A stretch of 64,000 nt of DNA, from the NCBI GenBank assembly GCA_030704615.1, contig CM060731.1, positions 69,688,001 through 69,752,000 on the forward strand, given 5' to 3'. Source of the stretch: Takakia lepidozioides. Lineage: Eukaryota > Plantae > Bryophyta. This document shows, piece after piece, positions 10,404 to 21,826 of this stretch. Positions within the stretch are counted from its first letter, which is position 1, and every line of letters starts with the position of its first letter. The notes beneath the pieces are model-generated. The model did no database searches. It saw only the letters and a program-made list of their open reading frames with translations, and was not told the origin of the DNA. A program made the position numbers and the translations under genes.

Positions 10404-13400
10404 CTATGGTTTCCTCTTCTTTGCTTGCTTGCCATACAGCTCTTTGCCATCCATCTGTGCTTCTTGCTGAGCACGGTTCCATACATCCTTGAGCTTTGAC
10501 TCTGAACCAGTTTGGAGCCACGCCAAGATCTCTGGGTACAAAAATGTGGGATCTCTTGACCAAGCCTGTCCTAGCTTGTTGCGAGTATCAATCTCATTAG
10601 GCCCAAAACTAAGCCTGTGTAATAGCTCCCCAACACGCTTGTGCACATGTGCCTCGGGCTTACAAATTATGCCAGGGTCTGCAGCCGTGTGTAAGAGCAG
10701 AGATGAGAAGGAAGGCACCACCTTACCTTGCAGCAAAGAGAAAGCAAAAATTGCCACCCGCGTCTTGCTGTTCTTCATCGGGAAGGAATGCAATGGGAGC
10801 TCCCAGAGATGAGGGCCAAAGCTGGGAGTCACCCAACACATGACCTGATCACTACAGGAGTCGTACCAAGGGGGGGGATCTGCAAGTGGCTTTGAGAAAA
10901 TGCAGAGAGGGTTGGCATGTGAGACAAGCCAGTGGGCATCGACAGCTGTCACACCCCACATGTAGGGCCTGGTTGTGTGAATGATCTCGTTATGTACCAC
11001 AAATTCGGGGGCCTCTCGGAAGACTGCTGATGATGGATGGAGATACACAGATTCTTCCACAGCACATGCCTGATACCTGCATATTATTTCAATCGTTCAG
11101 GGGATTAGATGCAACTGAAGCATATTAATGTGGCACTCTTTCGTCAATTGACAATTTCAGAAGAATAATGGCATTGTAGCTCAAACCTGATTGCTTTTCG
11201 GTGTTTTCCATCAGTTCCCAGCAATTGTGCTCTTTCTCGCGCACTCAGTCGCCGTGCAACACGATCGGCCCAACCTGCACAAATGGCCTGCTGAAGTGCG
11301 GTCTCTTGCTGCAGGCTCAAGGTCTGGCTTGCCGGATTTTGCCATGCTTTCTCAGCTTCCATCAGAAAATCTTGACTCAAGCACAGCTCACCCTGCCCTT
11401 CAATCTGTCCAATGAAGTGGGCTCCAGCTTCACAGCTATACTGAATCACCAGTTGTGCCAACTGTTGCCGCAGCTTCATCATCTCTTGCATTGTCTTCGC
11501 ATGCAAATACTGAAGCTCACAAAACTCATCGCGATTGTCAGACTTTTCATAAGCCCACAAGGCCTTCACCACAGTCAATGCATCACTTTTTGAATTACGA
11601 AATTTACCATGGGCCACACCTGCTGCTGCACGTCTCTGCTTCCTCCTCAACATCTCAGCCTCCGTCCAATCTGCATCCTCTTCTTTTGATGCACTTCCAG
11701 CATCTGCAGACCAGTTTTCAGCATGTTTTGCCACACGCTGGATTTCTTCTTTTGCGTTTGTGCTGGCTGCTCTACGGCCTAATAGTTCACCACCACTCCC
11801 TTTACCCCCATCCATGGCATTTTCTGGATTGCCATTGGACGGTAAGTCATCCCCCCTGGAAACGCCTACATCTCTGAGAAGAGGATTCTCATGACTGAGA
11901 GCAGCAGCTGCTGCTATAGCAAAGGCCAGAACTACACTTCCCCCATTCCTATCTCCCTTCCCCTCCATTTTCTGCGCTGCATGAAGAGCGGCTAGCAGCA
12001 TCCGTGCATGACGTGGGCTGATAGGATAAATAGCCATAGCTCGGCCGATAGGAGTTAATAATCCTGTGTCAGGGTCCAAAGCTGAAAGAGCACGTAGGCA
12101 ACGCTCACCCTCTACCAGCGCTTCTCGCTCAGGTGGAGATGGAAATGGAAAGTTCATCACCTGAATCAAGCCACCCAGACAAAGGGGTTCTGGATTCTTA
12201 AGAAATACTCTAAAGCCTATAAAATTCCAGCAAACTCTGACAGACAACATGGCTGCATAGAGAAGAAATAACAATGCCAATCAAAACATGCCACACTACA
12301 GAGAGGATGGTGTATGGAGGCTTTGGTGTTGAGTGAAGATTCAATCAGGTGCCACGACTGAGTGAGTGGGACATTCAGTGTGTGTGAGACAGGACAAGTG
12401 AGCAACCTTGTTGATGCCCATACGTTTCATGAAGAGAATGACGCCCTCAATGGGGGCCTTGCTCATCTCTTGAGGTGCAAACTGTGGAAACGTGTTATTA
12501 AACATTGCAGAAGAGTATAGTCGATAGCAGTGCCCAGGTCCTGTGCGGCCAGCCCTGCCAGCTCGTTGATTGGCTGAAGCCTTGCTGATCCACCGAACCA
12601 CATACTTGGAGATTCCACTGGCACGATCAAAATCTCTCTCCTTCGCCCGCCCACTGTCTACCACATATCTGCAAGACAAAAAGCAGAAACATATGTAAGT
12701 TCCTCACATTCATTACTAAATGACGGTGGTTGCGCAGTATCATAGCAACAACAAAGAATAAAATCATGTGGGGCACCTTAAGCTCCATGCAATAGAGCAC
12801 TGAATGTGTATCATTACCTGATACAGACAGGAATTTCCATTCTCCTCTGTTCACCTTTTTCCTTCCAGATTGGATGCAATGAAAATACATCTGAATCTTT
12901 ATAATGTGATAAATTGAGAATAAAGCATTACCTTATCCCTGGGATTGTGATGGAAGTCTCTGCCACATTGGTTGCAATTACCACCAGGCGAGCACCTTCT
13001 GGAGCCCCTGAAAAAACTCGTAGCTGTGCTGCTGCTGGAAGCATTGCATATAAAGGCAGCACATGCAATGGCCCAGGAGTTGAAGAACCATTGGTCTTCT
13101 TATCAGGGTTCCTTTTGGTGTTTGACTCACCACTCATATTACTCATATTATTGCCTGGGAGGCAGTTGATCAGAGTGTGATCAGGGTTAGTTTGTGATGC
13201 TTCAAGGTTTGGCAGACAGCTGCCATCTGCAGATGCCACTGGTCCATTTAGCTGACATACTTGTGTACGTAGCATCTCGGCATGCTTCTTCAGTGAGACT
13301 TTAAGAATCTCATCTGCACCAATAGCAGCTGTGGTAGTGTCTTGATGAATATCTCCAGAAGTTCTGGAGTCCTGTGACGCATATGCTTCATCTGTTTCAC

Positions 13401-16400
13401 TTAGATAGTCATCATCTACTTCTATAGAGCTGTCCTTGCCATCATCATCTGAGACCCACCAATCTAGTTCCCTCTCTTCCTCACCATCAGCATCAGCTTC
13501 ACCAAAACCAAGGCCTGCATTGCGCTCTTCTGCAAACCATGAACAGATATTTGGAGTTTAAGAGGTGATGTTGAGTTACTAACTTTTCAATTAGTGAAGT
13601 CTGCTACACATGTACAAGGGACTTGATTTAGTGCTGGATTGACATGCAAGAATTAACATCACTACAACAAGACGCATCATAATGAAAGCTGACGATCCAT
13701 GACAACTTACTGAGGGACTTGATTTAGTGCTGGATTGACATGCAAGAATTAACATCACTACAACAAGAGGCATCATAAGGAAAGCTGACGATCCATGACA
13801 ACTTACTGAGGAGATACTAATCATTTTCTTCTGAGTATGGGATGTAAAGCTTAGGGATTCACAATTTGGAAGAAACTTCGTTTAAGCCTACCTGCACTCT
13901 TCTCCAAATTTCCATCCATGGCCTTGGTAATCGCCTCCAGATCGAGTTCTTGAACATTTGTCTCCTGATTCAAATCATTTGTTCCTGCCTTCACATCCAG
14001 GGTAATTTTGTAGTCAGACACAACTACTTGTGAGCTGTAATGCTTGACTGAGAGAAAGAGGGAGGCATGTCTGCATGGATGTAACTACAGAGAAGTCTTG
14101 AGCATAGCAGCAACTGAACCTCACAATCGTCATGCAGAGATGCTGGAAAATTCATAATCTTTTGTTTCGTACCTTTGGTTGCCCAATTTTGTTGCAAGGT
14201 ATGAAACTCTTTCGGAGTTTTCGACATAAAGTCTCCACCTCCTTCTGCCCTGTCAAAAAGACCAAAATGCCACCTGGTGGAAGCTTCCGGTGAATCACAC
14301 AAACTTTCTTGTATGCTTGGTCTACATAATCAAGAATCTCAGTCCGGGCACTGAAGTGTATAGTGACTGGAAACTGCCGTGCTGGGACCTGGACCACTGG
14401 TGGTGGGTTGGGAAACATCCGGCGATTGGAGACGAAGTCTTCTACCCGCAGGGTTGCACTCATGATCACTAGCTTCAAAGGAGTTATTGAAGCTGTCAAA
14501 GGAATGCTGGAAATTCCCAGTGGCTTCTGTTGCTGGACTTTGCAATACTCTTCATACATGCTCTGGATAATAAGAACAAAGACACATGATGCAATAGTTG
14601 TATTCATTTGCTAAATTGAGAACGGACAAATTAGCAGGTTAAGGTGTACAAGAACACACTCAATACCCATCAGAAAATCATTGGTCTCTTGTTTTGAACA
14701 ACATGAATACATGAATACATCACAACCTACTCTATTAGATGACTCTTGCAAATGAACAACAATGTGGGGAAACGAATGTAGGGACAAGGACGAACAATCC
14801 CAACATTGCTCTGTTGGGACTGATAGAGAAATGCCCCTTTTGCTCTTGCACATATCTTACCAGGACCCTGGCCATAGCCAACACCTTGTGGTATGTCCTT
14901 TTAGGTAGTCCCCATATGCATATAGCATCCATATCTGGTGCACTCTTCTCCTTCCGGGTCTATTTGTCTTTTTCCTCTGCCTCTGTTGGTCTTAACATAC
15001 CGTGACAAAGATGGACATTTTATTTGTACAGACAGGACTGACACTGTTTATCTCTTTTAAGGCCTGTAGAAGAGTACCTTGCGAAGGGGAAGGATGCGTG
15101 AAAGCATGCCGATCAAAATGTCCGTGTTGAGGCTCCGTTCATGGGCCTCATCCAGAACGATCATCGAGTATTTCCGGAGTAAGAAGTCTGCCTGCATCAC
15201 CTCAGGCAACAATATACAAGTTGTGGCTAGTTTAAGCACTTGATCTTCCAGCCTTTTGGCAAGGGGTTTGGAAGATGGTAGGAAAAAGTGGATACGTAGG
15301 ACGCCTTAGTGTCAATCAACTGATGTCATGCCAATGTGGCCATCTGGGTATTTGTCTCTTTGTTTCTCATGCTAAGCAGTCGGCATGCGTATGAAACTCA
15401 CAAAATCTTCTTTGTTTGAGCAGTACCTGGACTTCTCGAAGAAGGATGCCATCAGTCATAAACTTGATGCAACTGTCATCACCTATCTTTCGATCATGAC
15501 GCACCTGAAATCCGACTTCCTGGCCCAACCCAACATTCATCTCATAGGCTACTCGCTTGGCAGTTGCAAGCACAGCTACACGCCGTGGTTGAGTGACTCC
15601 TATAATTCCTGACCGCTCCTTACACAGGCTTGACCCATATCCAGCCTCGAAGAGAAACTGCACAACCCCCAGCACGTTTAGTCAGGATGTCAAAACCGGT
15701 CACACTGTTGGCCTTAGAACTGGCATAATCAGCGAATAGACAAGATGGCACACAAAATTCTAAACAACTAAAGATATGTGATTTGACCAGACCCAAACTG
15801 CAACTACAAAAGCAGACACTGCATAGGATAGCTGGGCAGAAAAAATGATATTTCTACTAGATGTACCTGAGGGACCTGAGTTGTTTTACCGCACCCTGTT
15901 TCTCCACACACAATAGCAACATCATGCTCTGTGATGGCTTCCATGATTTCCTGCTCCATCATTACAATTGGCAACTTTTCACGACCTCTCTGAATATCTT
16001 CGCGGCGATTGATGGGGACCACCACCTTGTGCAACCCCATTTCTCCCTTACCATGCACAATGTTTCCTTCCCTGTTTGGGGACCTAACTTCCAAATTGTT
16101 CTCTATCACAGAATCAGTAAGACCAGCTAGACGAGTCTCTTCAGAAACAGGGTTCTTCCTCCTTTTCTTCTTTTTCTTCTTGTATTGTCCTTCCATAACC
16201 TTGTCATTGTTCTCAACACCTAGTCCAGTCTCTTTAGGGACAAGTTTCTTCCTCTTTCCCTTTTTCACCTTTGCCTCCTGTTTTTCTAATACCACTTCCT
16301 CTTCCACATCGTCACAAAAACCTCGACCTGGACTTGTCTTCACTTCGGAAATGTCTTTGGAGTCAATAACGATACCAACCCTCCTTAGCCCTATTTCTCC

Positions 16401-18387
16401 TCTCATCCCACCCTTGGACTCTCTCGAGGCCCCCTTTCCAGGAACATTCATGTCCATAGCCAAGACCCCCTCTCTCCTCCTTGCACACAATTCAAGGACC
16501 CGACTTCCCCCATGGCTGCTCTGTACTTCTGAGCTTGGAGATAGTATGTCCGAAGGGAAACCTAGGGATGGACTTTTCATAGTTCCTTTCTGACTTGGCT
16601 TTTGCCCCATTATGTTGGTAGCTCTTGCTTTGATAGACTTGGTTGCCTGCTTAGAAGGTAAACCACCTCCCTTGATTTCCTTGTCGACTTGCACAGAAGT
16701 TTTTGCATAAACTGGGACTTCCTCGATAGGATCAGAGCTGGGCCTTTCACGAAGAAGAGGAGTATTTGCAGGCACTGGCAGGCCCGCCCGCTTGTAATTC
16801 ATTGCTCGCTGAAGTTTCTCTCGCATTGTCTCTTCCTGTATCCAATGACACCAACTGTAAGTTCTCTGCACTAACTGAGCCACAAATCTTTGTTCCCATC
16901 TAAGCTTCACAGAGTGTAAGATTCTCCATATTCAATCCTTCGTTGTCATAATGACCATGGGGAGAAAAGATAAGAGATGGGGAGAAGAGGGAGAAGAATC
17001 AATTCCAACACAAGAAATGAGGGGAGAAAATTTCCTTCAGTGATTTGCCAAATTGACTCGTTTCTGTACACGTACGTCTCTCTGCCTAAATCTGCAGTAA
17101 GTTACTACCAAACAGTCAATGGAGATGGCCTGACCTTTCCAAGGGTACCTGACGAATGCAGCAGCGCAAAATCATCATCTGCCAGCTTATGCTTTCTGTT
17201 ACCTCAATGAATCAAGGAGTTTACTTTTGCATCCACCTTGGTATTCTCTCTTATTTAAAAGATACTTGATGACTAGTCAACTGCCAAAAAAGAGAAGAAA
17301 GTGGCAAGCACAGTAGTGTTCAAAGGCATTCGGGATGGAGGTGACAATGTAGGTCCAAATGTTCCCATACAAGGTCACAGAAATATTCAATGTCCAATGA
17401 CTTCTTGGAAACAGAAAACCTCATTGGGCACTCTAATACATCACATGTACAAGCTTCAAAATGCATCAATGCGGCGAAACTCTCCAATTTTTACACTGCA
17501 TACAGACCTTAAAGCTGTCAACAATGCACGTTATGATATTGCCGAAACCCCAGTGAAGAGCTTAAGGTTCATAAAACATGATAGAGGATACTCCAAGGTC
17601 TCCATGACATGAGCTCGCATGTCTCTCTTCTCCTTTTCCTTCTGTCAAAATTGATTCACAGCGCTAGAAACTGTCAAGCATCATTGCACAAGACCCAGAA
17701 AATCATTGAATAATTCCTATTCAGACTTCGGATATTGACATGACTACTGAACGATGTGTCCCAGACTAAAGGGACCCAAGAAACTATGAATATACCTGCA
17801 ACCTTTGAAGCTTCCGCTGCAGACCCTTGCTTTTCTTCAAGTGCAGTTGCTGCTCTTGCTCCTGGCTCTTCACATCGGAAGCAGAGCAACAGCTATAAGA
17901 TCATCAATGTGAAGCTAAGACAAATCCCTTTACATGCAAATTTATAACATTGTCACCTTCCGCACAAAACAAGAAACAGGTACAATCAAGCAGAGAACTT
18001 ACTTTTGAGATCTTTCTGTCATGCTTCTTACGTCCAGGAAGGATAAGTGCATTGCTTCCATTCTCCCCTTTGAGGCTGTTCAAACCAGTGACAGAGAACC
18101 AGTTAGACCTCCCAATTGCCTCTCTTCACCGTCCCCATGTCTTTTTCAGTAATCCTCCGATGCATTGCTCTCCTCAACCCATGCTCTCCCTCGTATAATT
18201 TTTTGTTCCTGCTCCATTTTCCCACCCTATCTAGCTCCACTCCCATATACACTAAACCCTAAAAATTCCCATCTCTTCTCTTCCATGAAAACTCCGAAAA
18301 GCAAACCAAGGGAGAGGAAACATACTCCATTACATCCGGCACAGGGTCATAGGTTGAGGCCATTCCACCCGGGTTAAGGAGGCCCAT
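10404..18387 (-). CDS. DHX37: DEAH-box RNA helicase DHX37/DHR1 (plant FAS4/DEAH13-like), multi-exon
   Basis: Motifs [40 protein letters not shown] and QRAGRAGR, plus HA2 and OB-fold (YLHPSS). N-terminal [11 protein letters not shown]. Approximate exons with GT-AG: 18387-18326, ~18075-18003, ~17866-17795, ~17642-17593, ~17195-17135, ~16837-15866, ~15657-15427, ~15190-15078, ~14561-14172, ~14040-13892, 13529-12932, 12668-12407, 12160-11187, 11076-10404. Confidence 0.92.
13618..13811. repeat. Intronic tandem repeat, ~96 bp x2
   Basis: ggacttgatttagtgctggattgacatgcaag...gatccatgacaacttactgag is duplicated nearly perfectly. Confidence 0.9.
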
Positions 18388-18699
18388 AGAAGATAGATGA
18401 AGTGGCGGAGGAATTGTCGCCTCCACCTGCACAGGTAGATCGCTATATTCAGAACCCCTCGCCACCTAGACTCGACTCGAATCAAATGCCAATATTTCTG
18501 AAATAGGAAGTACTCTCTGCAACGACACCACAAGGAACTCCAAATGCTACTCAGACGACTGTATATTCCTCTGAAGACAACCCTTTGTGTCTACATCACA
18601 ACAAGAAAACCGAAATACAGCTTACTTTCAAAATCGAATCCTTCCGAGACAGTCCATCTGTATCTGTCGCTCGTCAATTGTGTGCGTGCTTGAATCGAA

Positions 18700-18900
18700 C
18701 ATTGAAATGTACAAGCGAAGCAATTAGGGTTTGGAAATTCCGATTGTTCGTCCGTATGTGAACGACCGTTCTGCATTTGGACGATGTAAGGTGTTCGTCA
18801 ACGGAACCCTTCTTAGTTGGATGAGACATGCGACCGTGGTGGAGATCCTACGGTCAATAAAGCCCATGGCCGGGGTTTAGGGCTTACGAGTCCCCACACA
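18700..18900. promoter_or_regulatory. Probable bidirectional promoter with telo-box and site II motifs
   Basis: TAGGGTTT (telo-box) at 18725-18732, AGCCCA (site II, TGGGCY reverse) at 18861-18866 and GGGTTTAGGG at ~18873. Another AAACCCTA lies at 18254. The region sits between divergent DHX37 and DDX52-like genes, and these motifs are typical of plant ribosome-biogenesis promoters. Confidence 0.5.
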
Positions 18901-19036
18901 AAGGAAAGCCTCTCCTCTTTACGTATAAAGCAAATGCGCGGCAGCTTTAATCACTCATGGCGTGTCTTGCCGGAGGTTTAGTTGCAACCAAGGTGGTCGG
19001 TGTGGATATGGAGATGTCTGTTTGGCTGTGATCGGT

Positions 19037-21218
19037 TTGGATCCGGCTTTTCTCTTCACGGGTGTGCGATTTGACAGAAAGCGATTTGCAGCAGATGTTT
19101 ACCGGTTTCAGGTGTCTTCATCTTGCCTTTGACTTCCGTTTCCTCACTGGGCAGATTCGTGTAGGAGAAGTCGGAGGTTTCAATATCGTGTTGAGTTTCA
19201 CATAACATTGTTGCACTTCTCTTTTGTGCAAAGAGTAGTGGTGAGTTGCCCAGATGTAACACCGTTCACATTTCCTACTCGCTGCAGAGAAAGGAGGAAC
19301 ATATTATACAAGTCCGCTGCAATGAAGGAGTGCACTCTTCGTCTGAAACCTGCGAAAGTTCAATGCAATTACTCTGACCGGCTCGGAGGTTAATGGTGTC
19401 AACCACAGGAAGGCGAACTAAAGGCACTTCCAAGGACGAGAATGGTAACTTATCCGTTGTTTGTTGGTCCATCTGCGGCTATAGGCTTGTTCTCTTCAAG
19501 ATTTGGATTCGCTTAGCAGTAATTATTGGTCGCGTACGATCGTCTAATTCTCCTCAGTCCCGCTGGCATCTTCTACAGCTGTAGGCGCCATCTGTATATA
19601 TGTTAATGGTTCGCTTCTGCTGGAGCCCAAGGTTAGGGGTGACACGCGTTAGTTTGTCTGTATTTCGTTCAGCAATAACCGTCTCTGCTTACAACCCTTT
19701 ACTCAATCTGACGAATACCTTGCGCCGTCATTATTTGGGCACCTACATCAACATTTGCGTCACTGTATACTGGATTGTGGGTAAAGGGTTGAGTACTGCC
19801 CTGTGGATTGGTCCATTGAGTTTCCGGTCAGCATTTTATGGGAGTTATTAATCGTGCATTGATTTATCAGGTGCTGAAAATGCATTCAACCTTTTCAAGG
19901 CTCCTGGAGTTCGAGAGAGGATGTGGAGTCACATGTAGTAGACACCTCCTGCGAATCAGAAGTAAGACTGCCATCGGAACTATGGTTACCAGACTGTTAA
20001 GGACTGTTAACATTTTTCATGTAATGCCTGGTTGCTAGGCAGTACTGCGTCGTATTGTGTACCTATCATGAGTGGTAGATAGGCCAATAATTGTGTAGGG
20101 AGATACAAAATGGCATGTTTGGTATTGGTAATTGGTATAAGTAAATTATCATCAGTGATATCCTTGTCTCAACTCCCTGATGCTCTCTGGAAGGACCATA
20201 AAATCGACCTCAGCTGGTCTAACACTACAAACCTGATCAGCCTGTGTGACTTTTTCATCATTTTTGTGATCTTTCATTGCAAGGATGAGACAGAGAACTA
20301 TGTCTGGACATCTAAGGGGAGTATCCCTTTGCAGAAATTCTCATGAGTCTGAGCAATGCTTGTTAACTTACGTTCTCTTTGGTGGCACTGGAAAGCTGCC
20401 TGAAATCTAGGAAATAGTGGCCTGTACTGCCACCAAAGGTATCTTCACCTGCTTCCTTGTCTTGACGGGATTATTAGCTGATGGGCTTTGCTGATTTAAT
20501 TTGCAACAAAAGAGTTCCATTATTTTGGTTGCAGAGTGGAGGATTTGGTCATGGATGAATCAGGTGTAAGCTGTTTGAGATGGGATTTGTGGAGCAGATT
20601 GATGCAGTTGTAACAGCCCGCATCCACTCAACCATGACCCGGGCCCTCTTAAGTGCCACATTGCCAGAGTCTGGTGAAGAACCGGCACAGACCACAATGC
20701 ATGATTCTGTCCGTACCTTCATTACGGGAAGGTAAGAGCCACTAAGTGAATGTGGCTTGCTAAAAAGTAGATGAGTCCAAAGATATGTACTTCTGCTTAG
20801 GATTTGAAGTGTTTTTCTCACTTCAGCTCTGCAGTTATGTCTGACTAGGACGACACTATCTCTGGTTGAGTTTTTGGTTGTGGTCTACTGCTGTTGGCAA
20901 ATTCTGCATCTCTTACCAGCACTAAAGCAAGTCATTGACCTACTCCTTCAGGTGTAGGGCATCTTCATTATGCTCTCGTGTTAAATAAGGATGCTATATA
21001 GACTGGGTAGATCTTACCAACCTGTGGCTAGACCAGTGGCCTGGTGTAAATTGGTCTTCTCCACATGTTTCACAGCCTTCAATGACTCTGTATAGGTATC
21101 AAGGTATGTAATTTGTAATTTTTGGGTGCAGGAATTCAGCATTACTGACAGGTAGACGATGATGTTTGTTGGCAACGAGGAAGGGAAACTTCTTGCACTG
21201 CGCCAGATCTTCAACCAG
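19037..21218 (+). pseudogene. DDX52: DEAD-box helicase DDX52/ROK1/RH57 pseudogene (partial, spliced structure retained)
   Basis: Exon 19037-19111 reads (L)DPAFLFTGVRFDRKRFAADVYRFQ, matching the ROK1/RH57 N-terminus, with TTG where ATG is expected. ~20180-20216 reads KIDLS. 20535-20731 reads VEDLVMDES-frameshift-KLFEMGFVEQIDAVV..ALLSATLPES..TMHD. 21132-21218 reads frameshift-MFVGNEEGKLLALRQIFNQ. Motif I and the C-terminal exons were not found. Confidence 0.82.
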
Positions 21219-21305
21219 GTTCGTCCTTGTTATTTGAGGAGCATGGGGTCATTCATCTGTGCTTATGTATGTTGGCCCTGGTTGGGTGATTAGTGACGAG
21301 CATGG

Positions 21306-21385
21306 CTTGATGATGATCAAATGCAAACGGGCGGACTGAATTGATGCCGTGTGGATTGTCTGTGCTCAATGTCACTACCTGGGTG
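21306..21385 (+). ncRNA. U43/snR70-like C/D box snoRNA (partly degenerate)
   Basis: C box ATGATGA at 21310-21316. ACGGGCGG-a-CTGA (D' 21336-21339) is complementary to the universal SSU rRNA CCGCCCGU, and the +5 rule hits the C equivalent to yeast Cm1639. A second element TGTCACTACCT matches 18S AGGUAGUGACA. The D box reads CTGG. rRNA sequences are from memory. Confidence 0.6.
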
Positions 21386-21561
21386 TTGTATGACACTGAA
21401 AGTCTTGCCCTCACATCATGACCATGGTTTCCTCCCTGTTGAGATTTGTCAGATCAGGGTTCATTTCCTTGCAGACTGAATGTGTACATGGGAGTCCTTT
21501 GCAGGTCTATGTGCTAAGCTTTTGTATCCAGATGTTAGTTACAATTGCAAGAAGGGTTCTG

Positions 21562-21640
21562 GCAAATGATGACCAACATCTTATTCTACACGCTGAAATC
21601 ACTGTGTGGATAAAGTAATTTACCTCTGACAATCTGATGC
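21562..21640 (+). ncRNA. C/D box snoRNA copy 1, dual guide (25S and 18S)
   Basis: Terminal stem GCA/TGC. C box ATGATGA at 21566-21572. Guide CTTATTCTACAC (21580-21591) precedes D' CTGA (21593-21596) and is complementary to LSU GUGUAGAAUAAG. Guide ACCTCTGACAAT (21622-21633) precedes D CTGA (21634-21637) and is complementary to SSU AUUGUCAGAGGU. Confidence 0.8.
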
Positions 21641-21743
21641 TCAACCCCTCTCATTTGCATGGTATTGAACATAGTATGTTCATGACAAGAACATAGCAGG
21701 TTTCTAGCTTACATTCACAAGCTATTGAATAGAATGTTGTCTA

Positions 21744-21826
21744 GCAGGTGATGATTGACATCTTATTCTACACTCTGAATTGCTTGTGTGTGTGTATGCA
21801 GAATTTTACCTCTTATAATCTGATGC
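21744..21826 (+). ncRNA. C/D box snoRNA copy 2 (paralog)
   Basis: GCA/TGC stem, C box GTGATGA at 21748-21754, identical guide CTTATTCTACAC at 21762-21773, D' CTGA at 21775-21778 and D CTGA at 21820-21823. The second guide has diverged (ACCTCTTATAAT). Confidence 0.75.

Noticed and set aside
16009-16593. 194-aa plus-strand ORF and similar antisense ORFs over the PPR, HSP70 and DHX37 genes
   Set aside because: Shadow ORFs of real coding exons on the opposite strand.
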